From: Seison nebaliae
Lineage: Eukaryota
Reading direction: 5' to 3'
Assembly: GCA_023231475.1 (NCBI GenBank)
Contig: JALJEE010001928.1
Coordinates: 1 to 55,354 of the forward strand
Length of the DNA stretch: 55,354 nt
Part shown: piece by piece, positions 1-13,300 of the stretch
Numbering within the stretch: position 1 is the first letter of the stretch
How the letters are laid out: each line of letters starts with the position of its first letter
Notes under the pieces: generated by a model
The model's input: only the letters and a program-made list of their open reading frames with translations
Told to the model about the DNA's origin: nothing
Databases searched by the model: none
Position numbers and translations under genes: made by a program

Positions 1-263
1 TCAGTGATAAGTTTTCTTCCAATGACGATTTCATCTCTTAAATATTCTGGAATATGAGAAGTAATGTCGAAGTTAGAAGAAATGTAAAGAGCTTCATCGA
101 AAGATTCAGGAACATCAATCGAATAATAAGAACAAAAGAAGCAGTTAATAAAAATTTATTGGAAAAATCAGGTTAACATTTAATTTGATTAAAAAATAGT
201 TGATTGATTGTTTGGAATGAAATGTTGGTAGGGAATGGATGAAATGTAAGTAAATATTAAATT

Positions 264-2443
264 TTATAATTGATCGAACCAATTTTCTATAACGGCAGCA
301 AATTCTAAAGCTAATTGATGACCACTCACTTGTAACATTTTCACGCAATCTTTTAAATAATTTAAATCTGATTTTGTGGATATGACGAATTGAAATAATC
401 CAGCTACTGCTCCCATTTTTCCATCGAAATGATCGATATTCGGTTCCAATTGTTCTAATCTATCGAAAGCTCTTACTGCATAATAGAATTGTCCACTCTA
501 TTTCAAATTTGAAATAAAATTGAGAAATATAATAATGTCTAACTTTATAACAATCATTACCTATGAGTTGGAGAAGTGCAAATGCATGTTTAGTATTCTT
601 TCGTTCTTCATATAATCGCCATGCTTGTTCAGCATCTTTGTCGTAAATATAACATCGAGCCAATCCCAAAGCATATACATAATCTTGTTTAATCGCATTG
701 GAATTGATATCTAAAAAGATTTCTTTAGCTTCCGAAAATTTCTTTGTTGTCAATTTCACTTGAGCATAGTTGTAATTGAACGTGTCATTATCTTTCATGT
801 AGTTTGAGATCGAATCCAAATAAAGTTCACAATTTTTGAAATCTTCTTTTAAGAAACAATAACTGGCCATCGATTGTCGACCAGGTACGGTATCTGTGAA
901 AACGTACAAAATTTTATGGAATTTCCAAAAATCGAAAACTAACCACAATCAGTTTCGGATTCACCAATTGACTGAAAAATATATTCAGCATGTGAAATAT
1001 CTTCCGCCTGAAATAAGATGAAATATTATTTTTAAATTCCAATAAAATTTAAACGAACATTATTATGTTTACTGCCATAAAGATAATATGTGATTCCTTT
1101 TAAAATCATCTCAATGGTTTGTGTTTGTTGAGCATTTTGCATTAATTCGTATGCCTCATCAATTTTATCTTTATTGAACAATATAACCTTGATAGGAAAT
1201 TAGTGAATAAATTTAGCAACCATGTTGTACGTGATATATGGTTGCATTTAATCTTGCTTCTGGTATTTCTTCCAATGCTGAATCGAAAGTTGTAATCGCA
1301 TCTTCTTGTGCTTCATATACCGCAATATTGTGCTTAATCAATGGTTTACCATAAGCTATATCATCGGGCCAAGTATCTTGCAACATGTTCATTTCTTTCA
1401 AAGCTTGTTCTGGTCCGTACAATCGATATTGAACGGCAGCTTTCAAAATACTGGCAGTTAATGAAACATCATTTCTTGGAATGGACGAATTCAATAATTC
1501 CATAGACATCTCATATGAATCGATTTTGTAATAACATAGAGCAATATAAATGTTCAATGCTTTAAAATTCCTAAAGCAAATACGGAAAAAAAGTAAATTA
1601 ATTTCAAACATAATAAAAATAAAAAATCTTCACAATTTTACAAGTTTTTCTTTAATTGTTTTTAAGATTATTAGAATAATGAGAACGAAACTGATAATTT
1701 AATAATAATTTTTTGTAGACATCAATCGCTTCTCTATAATGATATCTCATGTAATGCATGGAACCAAGACATAGTTGATCTTCTGGTTGATCCATCAATT
1801 TCTTGTGGTAACGAAAAAGTTTCTCATCGTCCCAAGTTTTATGTGCACAATGGAATAATACACGTACTTGTAATTGATTAACTCCTGTAACTGTACAGTT
1901 CATATTATTAATAGAATGTATATGATTAAAGTGGAACATCGTTTTGCAGCTGCTTCAGCTTCGGGATACATTCCTTGCATAAAGTAGCAACATGCTAAAT
2001 AAATCAAGACTGGCTCAGATATATCTGTTCTTGATAGTTTATCATAAACCTTTAGAATTATTCACTTATGAGAAATAAAAAAGTTGTTTTTAACTTTTCC
2101 TGCTTCCTCATATTCTCCCAAATGAAATAGAACATAACCGATCCACATGTCCAACTCCCACAACAACTTCTTAGGACTTCTTAAGTTGACCTCCTTTTCC
2201 CTTTGTACCTAGAATTAAGTGTTCGAATGAAAAGTTGAAGAATTTAAAATTGCCCCATCATAAATTAAACTTGCAAAATCATTTTCGCCCCAAGATAATC
2301 TCTTCGATCTACATAATCGAGAAAATCATGTTCATCTTTTTTAGATTGTTTCTTCGACTTTTCCGTCTTTTTACTTTTCAATTTACTCATCAACTATAAA
2401 TAATAAAAGATTAAGAGATTAATTATCACATCATGATAACCAT
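264..2443 (-). CDS. TTC26: Intraflagellar transport protein 56 (TPR protein), 10 exons
   Basis: Spliced translation gives M|LMSKLKSK..DRRDYLGAKMILQ..WIGYVLFHLGEYEEA..LACCYFMQGMYPEAEAAA..LFHCAHKTWDDEKL..EDQLCLGSMHYMRYHYREAIDVYKKLL..ALNIYIALCYYKIDSYEMS..DTVPGRQSMASYCFL..LLQLIGNDCYK..AFDRLEQLEP..GKMGAVAGLFQ, collinear with IFT56 motifs; nine GT-AG introns keep the frame. Confidence 0.95.
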
Positions 2444-3107
2444 GGTTCGGGATTTCTTGTATTGATAAGTGCAATAAGATTAATAAGTAATTATTATAAT
2501 TAATTTTCTTAAAAATACTTTTTGTCATAGAAACTAATTATATGTAATTCATCTATTAGTAACTTGCTAAACAATTAAATAAATTGAATAAAAATTATTA
2601 AAAAATGAAGCTATTTATAATGCATATATTATGACCATTTTTTTACCATCAAATAAAATTAATTGATTATCTTCAATCATTGTCAAGTTTTTCTTATCAG
2701 CATCATTCTGTTATTTTTATTTAAAATTTATTGGAACAGATTAATTGTATATTTATTCGAAGTAATTAAGATATAATTTATTAGAAGTAGAATTTTTATT
2801 TGTAGTTTAATTTTTTTATTGTGCATATAATAATAGAATGATCCAAACAATCGGTCTATGATTAGATAAATGTTTGGTAATTATATCGTTTGGTAAATTG
2901 AAAAATCCTGCTCTACATTCAGCCTCATCATTTTAAACGATTAAGAGAAATGAATCTAGTAAAACGAGATAAAATGGATAAATTTGGTTAATTTGATCTG
3001 AAACACAAATTTATTATAAGCGCAAATTTCTCTTAAGTTTTTCGTAGTATTTTGTATATTAAATAGTAATTTTGAGGTCTTTCGTTAACATTTGAATTTA
3101 ATTATTT

Positions 3108-3596
3108 ATGGGAATAAAGACATTGTTGATTTCCCTTCTTCCCTCAAGATGGAGGAAACCAAAGAAAAAGGATTTCGATTATCTTAATGAAATTCTTGAT
3201 ACTGGACAACAAGGAATGGATTTTGAAGAACTTGACTTAGAAAATGAATTTGCTACCGTAAAAAATTCGAATAGCGCGAATATTATGGATACACAGAAAA
3301 GGAAGCTTTATGTGTTTTATCATTACCTTAAGAATGATGGTAATACTCAAGATGAAAATTTTCCTGACAATTTTTCCGAAGATGAAATCACTGATGGAAT
3401 TATAGTTGGCAAATTAGCTAGATGGATGATTCTAATGAAGAAGAATGGAAAAGAATTCAGTTCAAACAAGTTAAATGTGAATGTCGTTCATGAGGACAAA
3501 ATCGAATTAGTAAATGGTGAAGATCTGGAAGAAAAAATTGCATTTACTTCAAAAGAATTTAATTATTTATGTGACTATCTTAAGAGTTACAACTAG
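3108..3596 (+). CDS. Intronless hypothetical protein, 162 aa, basic N-terminus and acidic body
   Basis: ATG-initiated 162-codon ORF in very AT-rich DNA with protein-like composition; no family recognised. Confidence 0.6.
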   Translation: MGIKTLLISLLPSRWRKPKKKDFDYLNEILDTGQQGMDFEELDLENEFATVKNSNSANIMDTQKRKLYVFYHYLKNDGNTQDENFPDNFSEDEITDGIIVGKLARWMILMKKNGKEFSSNKLNVNVVHEDKIELVNGEDLEEKIAFTSKEFNYLCDYLKSYN

Positions 3597-3859
3597 AATT
3601 ATGAACAGATAAATTATGATAAGGATTAAATATTTTTACACAAGCAGTTTTTTTCCACTGATATACTTATGTAAAACATTCTCATTTACCAGGATATGAT
3701 TCTTTGAATACATTTCACTTCAATATTAATCATCATTATTAATAGATGTTTTAATGGAAAATATTTTGAAAATATATTGAATTTATATCAAATGAATTTA
3801 AAGTTTTATCATAATTGCAAAGATAATTTGGTGTGCAGTTTACCCATTCCGAATTAAAT

Positions 3860-5489
3860 TTATTCGACAATTGAAGGTCTAGTGAAGTCGACATTACTAG
3901 AACTAAATTGATAGTAAGAAAATGTAGAGAGTTTTCTAGTGTCATCCTTAGTTTTACCGACAGTAGGTGTGAGCTTGTCGTCTGCCATATAAATATTGGT
4001 AAGATCTAGAAAAATGTTGAATAAGTCAATTTATGTTAAAAGTGCAAACTAGGTTTCTTTCGGATATAAGCGTATATTGAAAGAACTCCTATTGCTATTA
4101 CTAAAATTACCGAAAATATAATGAAGAGATGATACACTCGTATTAATCGTCCTTTCTCAACTTTCATAAGGGGCATTTTCAATGCTATAAAAATGAGTAT
4201 AGAGAAAGTGATAAGAGAACAAATGACGAACAATTGGAAATGGTGTAAATCGACTCATTTAATCTAGAATTGAGTATTGTACTAAACTTTTGTAGTGGAA
4301 AGATTGCATATTTGGTTGCAGGAGATGTACTTGTCAAAAATTTCCTCAACTTAATTGGTGGTAATACCATTTGATAAGAATAATCGACCAACATAGCATC
4401 GTTTGGTAAGCTCGTTTTGTTTCTTATCAGAACTTTTAGTTCTCTCGGCTTAGTTTCGACAAGGTCAACGTAGGTAACTTTAATAGCTGCATGAAGCTTT
4501 AATTCTAGTTAACAAGCCATTAAAGTGAAAAGCAACTAGTTTTTTAATATCTTCTGATACATTTTGTCGCAAATAATGAATACTTCCATTTTGTTTTATT
4601 GTTAGTACGTCATTCGGTTCATTAAGTTGTTTCAGAGTAATTCTTTTTTTTAACATAAACTTATATTCAAATGACAATACTTAAAAATGAAAGTAAATTA
4701 ACCTTCTTCATCGCTTCATCATCAATAGGATAGTTTTCTGCTTGAGGTTTTTCTGAAACTATCATTGTTCTTTCTGGAAACATGTTTGGTTGTTCTGAAA
4801 CTGCATCTGGTTCGGGCACAATTATTTCTGATGGCTCTGGTATTTTTTCCGATTTTTCTTTCATGGTTTCTATTTGTTCCATAGTAGTTTCTAGATTTCC
4901 TGAAAAGTCGTCTGGTTGTTCTGCAATTCTTTTTGGCGATTTTGAAAATGATTGTTTTCGAAATTTGTTAGGTTGTTCTAGTATTGTGTCCGGATTCTCT
5001 GAAACCGTTTCATGCTGGTTTAAAATTGTTTCAAATTGTTCTAAAATGGTATTAGGATTTTTCGAAACCCTTTTATGTTGGTTCCGAATTATTTCAGGTT
5101 GTCGGGGAATATTGTCCGGATTCTCCGAAGCCGTTTCAAGATGCGGAATTGTGTCTGGGTTCTCCGTAACAGTTTCATGTAGTTTTCGAATTGTTTCAGG
5201 TTGCTTTGGAATTGTGTTTGGGTTCTGCGAAACTGCTTCATGTTGCTTTCGAATTGTTTTAGTTTTTAGTTTTTCTAGTCGTGAAATGGTTTCTGGGTGT
5301 TCTACATTTGTTCCATAGTTTTTAGGAACCTTCTTCCGACTTTTCGAAACGGTTCTCGATTGATCTGTAAATGTTTCCGGTTCTTCCTCAAATGTTTGTT
5401 GTTTAGTAGTGTTATATTCGCCGTTATCTCCCAAATCAGACTTTAAAAAAAGTTTTTGAATTTTGAAAGATAATTTTTTAAACTAACAT
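3860..5489 (-). CDS. Hypothetical single-pass membrane protein with heptad repeats, about 6 exons; 5' end uncertain
   Basis: ORFs 4667-5434, 4480-4677, 4185-4394 and 4036-4233 join in frame through short GTT-AG introns; hydrophobic segment LFIIFSVILVIAIGVLSIYAYI followed by RKK; last exon ends ..RPSIVE-stop at 3860. Confidence 0.7.
4780..5310. repeat. Degenerate 21-nt coding tandem repeat (7-aa units with a 21-aa higher order)
   Basis: Minus-strand units QHEAVSQ/NPNTIPK/QPETIRK/LHETVTE/NPDTIP/HLETASE/NPDNIPR/QPEIIRN/QHKRVSK/NPNTILE/QFETILN/QHETVSE/NPDTILE. Confidence 0.85.
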
Positions 5490-5889
5490 CTGATGAGTTG
5501 CTAAGAGTTGTCCAAGTAAGAAAACACCATTAAGGAAACAAAAGATAGTAAGTTTAATGATATAAAAAATATTCCAATGGAATATAAGTTTAGGGGAATA
5601 ATTTTATTTATGTAACCTGACGAGAACGGAAACGGAATAATTACATAATATAAAGATGTAAAGTACGTATAATGCTATTGGAATAATATTATATTATCTT
5701 TTATTAGAATAAAGGGGGACTTTGATGCTTATAATTTTTCATCGAATTTTCAACTGAATTTCAAAAAATTGAAATAAAAATCGAACTATAAATCAATGAA
5801 AACCAAAATTGTATACATAATGGATAAATAACGAAGAAATAAATTTAGTCAATTGAATTCTGTTTTTTCAATAAATTTCCTTAATTATA

Positions 5890-6805
5890 TTATGTAGGAT
5901 TATTATTATTATTTATTGATTGAATTCTCTTTGGGATAAAATAGAAATGAATGTAAAAAAAATTTCGATCCTCGTCACTGTTGATCAATCGGTGTAATTC
6001 TGCGAGTGATTCCCGATCGATTGGCATAGAATCCATGGGATGATAGGAAAAAATGAAATCTCTAAAATTCTGAAGCCGAATATCATGAGATAACCCGTAG
6101 TATCGAAGTGTATATGAAAATACTGATCGATTATGTAAGAAGTTTGTGTTCAAAATATGAGAAGTGTGGAAGTTAGTTTCGATAATTTTGCTTCCGATAA
6201 GAGTAAAAATTCGACAAGAGAAGAGAATGTGTAGGGGAAGAAGACCGAATGCTGCGAAGAGAAGAGAACGGTTACATCGGTGAAAGCAACATACTAATCT
6301 TCTTATAAGTCGATTGTATGCGTGGTCGGTGGACAGGAATGAACGTTGGGTAATAAAGAAAATCCTTTCCAGAGGGTAAAGAGGCAGAACCAAACTCCTG
6401 AAAATCTGCAAACGTAATTTAAGAGGAGCGAATTTCGTTTTTGGAGAGAAAGAAAGAAATGCTTTGCATAATTTGTGATGAATATGATCTAACGTGTTTG
6501 ATGACCTCGGAAATCGATGGTTCAACCAAGAAAGGTGGTGGAGACTTTGAGAGAAAATCACGATGTCGTCAGCGTAAGCAATGACATGTGGAAACGAATT
6601 GTTTCCTATGCGGATGTCACATGATTCGTTGAGATCACGAAGAACTTCATCGATGACTGGCCCAAAAAACCAGGGACCAAAAATAGTACCTTGACGAACA
6701 CCGGAATTGATAGGAAAAATTTCCCCGAGTCGGTCGCCAATAACGATACTCCCCGTAGATTCGTGGAAGAGATGAAATAGAAAACGATTATATGAGAAAG
6801 AAAAC
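5890..6805 (-). mobile_element. 5'-truncated non-LTR retrotransposon (RT C-terminal part)
   Basis: Minus strand reads ..EIFPINSGVRQGTIFGPWFFGPVIDEVLRDLN..FPHVIAYADDIVIFS.. (GVRQG and YADD motifs) and continues in frame to an (AAT)n run near 5900-5915. Confidence 0.9.
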
Positions 6806-7347
6806 TAGAAGATTATATGTATATTATCTTTCTTTTCAAAAAAGAAGAATTTTTATAGAAACAATATAATGTTTCCGTTTCTTTTATTATCCGAATAGTT
6901 TTATTATTTATTGTTATATTTAGTTATTTATTGTTTTAGTTATACTATATAAATTATATTACTATATAATATTATATTATTTTATATATATTTGTATTAT
7001 CTAAACTAGCGGGAATTACGTGAAATTTAAAATTCATACTGTCTATATCGACTCAGATAACAGATGAACAAAATTATTATAGTTTCTGAACTTGAAAAAT
7101 TATTTTCTTTGACAACTTTCAAATTATCTCCATATTTTAAATCAGAAAATACCATATCTTGTTGGGGGTTTATCTCCGATAACGAAGTTAGACAACTTTC
7201 TAGAAAATTATTCTTTATCAACCATGGTGATTTTAACGAACACATCAAAGAAAAAAACTGATAAGATAATAATCATTGTATTTACTTAATTTCCCTTTGA
7301 AGTATCATCTTCGAAATTAGAACTCAACCTAACAGTTTAAGAAAACT

Positions 7348-10300
7348 ATGAAAATATTTTATTGTTTCTTTTTATTAATTTCATTCGTGGTCAACATTCA
7401 ATTTAATATTCCAAGTTAAAGTACATGACTATTGCTTCTATACTTCTTATTTAGGTAAATCTTTGGCATTTCCTTCTCATCTCTTCAGTAGAAACAATGA
7501 CCACATCTTGTCGTTTCAAATGAGAGGAGATCTGAGCGGAAAATTCGGAACAGATGTGGGAATATACGAATCGCCTCGTGATCAATTGGGCGACGTAATA
7601 TTTCATGTTTGTGTTAAAAGTGTCGACAGTTCGATTAAGTTCTCTCACGTAACCAAAGGATCATCAACGATTGACGCATTTGATTTCATCCTTATACCCG
7701 ACGTTCAAATACCCAACTTAGATGGTAAGTTTGTTTGCTTCAAAATGGTTTTGGGCCGTTTATTCTTTCGATATGTTAAAGATCTTCGTTTAGTTTTTAG
7801 TTGACATTATTCTTTTTCAGGAATACGATTCGATAAATGTTCATTATAAATCATCAATCTCGGGTATGAATAAATTGGAACTAAAAAATATTTTGATTTT
7901 TGATGTAAATATAAATTATCCCCAATTCATTCGATTACCTTATCATGTTAAATGGAAAGAAGTTCACATTTGTTTTTCTAGTTAATAAATGTGTGAAATC
8001 ATCGATCAATGTTCACTAGAATTCTGATACAGAATTTTTCGATGGTGTTTATGCTTATGATCTGGATGAACAAGGAACATCTGCTACAAATCTATTGTTT
8101 GAATGTCAGTTAGAAATCGTATTATAAACTAATGCAAATTTACGAGTATAATAGAATAGCATGTGAAAAAATCCAACTGGAACTGATGGGAAAATATCAG
8201 TATTTCAACTTAAGTATCGACCGTTCTATTGATGTGGTGGGTGTTCGTATTAATTTAGTTGAACCGGTGGATTATGAACAAATCACAACAATGGCGATCC
8301 AAATTGATTCAAGTGTTCGATAATAATTAATTGATTATGAGTATATTAAATATAGGATCAAGGAGATGTTCGATTGGAAGAATATGGACCATTGACAACA
8401 GAATCGTTTATTGTTGTTGAAATAATTGATCAACCCGATCAACCACCAATCTTTCTTAATACTCCTTACAATATCGAATTGAAAGAAACTCAACAAACTT
8501 CTTTAGTTTAATTTTTCGCTAATTCTTGATGATGAAATATTTTAAATTCGTAGATTGGTAAAGTAACCGCGATTGATGGAGATAAAGGTATCAATGCATC
8601 CATCAGATATTCATTTCTCACAACAGCCAAAATCAATACATTGAATAATTTAAATTTTGAAATTTCAGATCTGAATATAATCTTAAGTAGTTAATCTTTT
8701 AGAAGACGGATTTAAAACTTCAATCAACTCATTTTTTAGATACAGAACAATTGGAAGATTACATCGAAATCGATCCAAATACAGGAGAATTATACTTAAC
8801 AAACGAATTGTATAATGACGAAGAATGTTCGGCAGATAATTCCGAATTTTCTATTTTAAAGTTTTTTAGTGATTACGGTAAATATGTGTCTATAGGTATA
8901 CTGGTTAGGGATAATTATTTTCAGAATTGTAAAGATAATTCGATTAAAATCCATTTGAATTGAAAGGCAGAAGAAGGTCAAAATGGATCTTACAATAATT
9001 CTTATGTTACAGTTGTCTTTAAAATGGTATTCGAGAACATGAATATTCCAACATTTGATAAAGATAATTATGAATTTTCCATTGGGAATGATTTAAATGG
9101 AGGAGATCTGTTTCCAATACAGATTATTATAACGGACTGCGATTACGTTTGTTTTGATTTGAATGTGATATGTTTATTAAATCGTTTAGGCCGAATTTGG
9201 TGCATATAGTTTAGAACTCAATACGACGGATATAAAAGTTGAACCAGACAAAGGTGAAAGTCAAACTGCTCTTCGATTATCACTGGTCAATGAAGTGTTT
9301 AATGATTGTCATTTGCATTCGGCACATTATATCGAACTAAAAGTTTGTGAAACGATTATCATTCTAAAAGACTCATAATTCCACAGGTTATTGAATTGTC
9401 TGGTGAAAGAAGAACGACATCTCACGTTCTTCATATTACTATTCTATCTACCAATATGCATATACCAAAATTTTTAAGTGAACCGATAAGAAAGGTAATT
9501 AGTGAAGAGGAACCGGAAGGTTCCATAATAGAAACGATTAAAGTTCCTTTTGCTTTTCCCATTCAATAAAATTTTTCTGAAGATTGAAGATAAGGATTGT
9601 GGAATATTCCAAGAAATAAGAGCGTCAATTAATTCCGTTTCACCATATCGGATACCATTCGATGTTCGGCGACCCATAGAAATGGTAAACAATATTTTGA
9701 CGATCGATTTATTTGTTTCATCAGCAATTAATCGAGATGATAGTTTACAATATAACTTTCAAATAGTCGCGATGGATGGAGGAAACAAATCAGTTATTCT
9801 CTAAATTATATTCCGTAATTCAATTGAATTATTATTAGTCTAATTTGTTTGTCACAATTGATATAAAGAAAGTGAATAAGAATCCTCCATATTTCCTGAA
9901 TACGGAATTATTAAATCATTTAAATTTAAATTGTGATGGATATGATGATACTGATGAAGGATATTTTATTGATATTAATGAAGAGAAAAAAACATTAACA
10001 TCCCAACAAGATATTCAAGTTCCTTTTGACAATTATTAATTTAATTATTATTAATAATCTTTGTAGGTTGGTACAATAGATAACGAAGATGAATTATTTT
10101 TGAAATTTAATTTTGATGATAATTTTCGGATGGTAAATGTTAAAGAAAGTTCAAATACAATTTCTCATCTACCAATTTATGAGATTACTATCCCTATTGA
10201 CTCTTGGGATGATTTCATGGATGAACTTCAGAACTTTGAGTTTTGTCGAAGTGTTCGTTTGGGTATTGGGCGAATATATTTCGATTATGAAATGGTAGTA

Positions 10301-13300
10301 ATAAATGATTTGAATATCACGAAAATTACTGAGAAATTTACTCAGATGCCTACGAGTAATTTCGTTCCAATATTATTTATCTTAATAGTTAAATTATTTT
10401 GAATTATCGACCTATCGTCTAATATTATAATGGTGATATGTGTAGGAGAAGAATGTACCTCCGAAAGCTAATTCAAGTAATTTCATTATGGAAATGAATG
10501 AATTACAGGATTGTTCATTTCCATCTGATCATGAATTGCTGAAACTTGAGAATTACGTATCCGACGATAATATGGAAGGTACATTGAACCATAAATTAAG
10601 TTACTATATTGACAATGATAATTCATTCTCCGACAATTTCGTAAATCTAAATACTCATCGTCTTATTGAAATCAATCATGAAAATGGAGAACTCAGTTTT
10701 TCTCATAATGCTAATTGGGAAATCATTCCACATACTGCAAATGGAGTTAACATTAGAGATTATTAACTTTTAAATTTTTTTCTCTAGATAATATTTCTGA
10801 CCATAAATATCATCGATGATGGTACCCCAGCAATGCAAACGACAATAACAATTAATATTACAGTTAGTCAAATTTCTCATCGTCTTCCATATTTTGAAGA
10901 AAGAAATCGGTTTAGTCTTTATTACTATATTTTTGTTAAAATTTATTTTGATTTCTTTAGACAAATTGATGTTGAGGAAACTATGAAAATTGGAGAAGTT
11001 CTCTATGAGAACAAAGCAAAAACTGAAAATTTTGATAGCTTAATCATTTATAATTTATCTGTTGTTTCACTAACCAACCAAACCTTATCGGAATACGTCA
11101 AACATGTTGCAATTATTCTTATCAAGTAGTTCAATAAAAATAATTTTAGTTTTTCTCCTATGAAAATGGTCGAGTTGTTTTAGAAAAATGTTTGGACCGA
11201 TCGATTGGATCAACTATTGTTCTGAAGTTGACGGCAATCGATCAATTACAGCATTGTAATAGGGAACTGATATTTGGTTAACTTGAATAAAAATTATATG
11301 TATAATTTTTACAAAACAATTTCCAGAAGAAATTTTAATGAACATTCAATTATCAGATGATTATCTTCCAAATTTTGAGGACAGTACCGCAGTTGTTTTC
11401 AATGAAGAACGTTTAGAAGATTGTTCGATAAATTCAAATAAAATCTATGCTCGAAATATATCATTCGCCGAAGATATTCATACTAATGTGGCTCTTGTTT
11501 TTATCAAGTTTTTTATAAATCTTCTTTTGATCAAAACTGACAAATTTGTGAATTTTTTCCATAAAGAGCATCTTTCAAATTGATTTTACCTGTTTGTTAT
11601 TGGACAAACTCCGAAAATTTTGATATAGATGAAAAATTAGGTTTACTTCGAACTTTTTTTTCAAAAGAAATCTTATGTTAATCAGGTTTTGTTACTTCGA
11701 AACGACGGCATAATTGGGATGTTCAAAAGTCTTACAATGAAACGTTCTTTGCTGCCAGACATTGTTTCGTTGATTCAAAAAGTGTAATACAATTGTTGTT
11801 AGAAGTGGAACCGGTGAATCGTTTCGCACCTAAAATTACTAACACTTCGTTGAATGATATGGAGAATTGGTCGATTGAAGTTTCATTTTAAACACCTTTG
11901 AATCTATATCTGTTTTCGTTTCATATTTGTTTAGATTAGTGAAGATACAGAATTAAAAAAAAACATTTTTCGAGTTGACGGAAGAGATGATGATCTAGCT
12001 TGCAATGGAACAGTTAAATATCGGTTAATCAATAAAATAATACCGTTCAATATAACAGAAAATGTTGAATTTCTTAAAACCATAATTCGGAAAACTATAT
12101 AAATATTTCATTTTAATATTTTAAGGGAATTGTTTACGTGGAGAATCATTTGTCATATCTTGAACAATCTGTATATGATGTGATAATTGAAGTGTTTGAT
12201 AATTGGTGTCGACATTCTAATGAAAGGAAATTAACTTCAAGTTAATTTCTTTTATATATTTTATTTGATATCCTAATAATATTTTAATAATTTGCAGTAT
12301 TGACAGTTGAATTATTACCAGAAAATAGACATACACCAAAATTTCCTTGTCTGATATGTTTGGCTGATGAGATTGATGAATCATATGATTCCCATAATCC
12401 CATAACTTTCTTCCAAAGTAATATAACATTTATAGCAACCGATCCGGATCCATTTGAATTAGGTGAAATTCATTATCGAATTATCAATACCACAAAACAT
12501 GATGTTAATGAAACAAGTGAAAGTTTCTCTTAATCGACATTTATGGAACTGTATAATTCCTTATTCTTATAGTTGTGAATATGTTCCGAATAAATGAATT
12601 GTCTGGAATGATTACTCCTAAATCATCATTAATCGATGAAATGGGCGAATATTCGATATTTGTTGAAGCGAGTGATCGAGGAGAACCTTCAAAATGGAAT
12701 ATTGTAGAAATTCGACTGGAAATCATTTCGGCAAAAAATTTAGCACCGCAATGGAATGATGACATTCAAACTGTTTATTCACAAACTGAAGTTTCCAATT
12801 TTATTGTAATTGTTCATAATTTGCTTCATAATTTCTAGGGATATGTTCATATAGAATTGCCTCAAAGTTCCATGTATTTTGCCAATACAAACACTGATGT
12901 TTTCTATTCATTGAGTGAAGCGTTTGATGGAAGGGAATTTTCAGTTATCTTTAACAAAATATAATTTCATCTGATTCAATTAAGTTTTAATTTAATTACA
13001 GATAAATTCAATATCTACTATACAAAGGAATCAAATTTTAATTATTGAATCAATTCATCCAATAAAACGATCGTGTAGAAGTTCATCGATAATTCTCGAA
13101 ATTCAAGCAGCAAAGAAAGAATTGGAATCCAAACGATGTATTTCGAGTAAATGTGCAAAGAAAACTATAGAAATATTCTTGATGGACAAATGGAATAATT
13201 CGGCTATCGTTTCATGCCAAAGCCGAAATTTACGTGCAGAAATAATTGAGAACAAACCAAATAATACGATCGATGTGGTGGCATTACTAAATAAAGAATT

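Noticed and set aside
1..146. Open minus-strand frame NCFFCSYYSIDVPESFDEALY.. running off the window
   Set aside because: No start codon or clear acceptor and too short to assign; may be a gene or retroelement fragment.
4782..5318. 178-aa Cys/Phe/Ser-rich plus-strand ORF
   Set aside because: Antisense shadow of the 21-nt coding repeat; the minus frame splices into a coherent gene.
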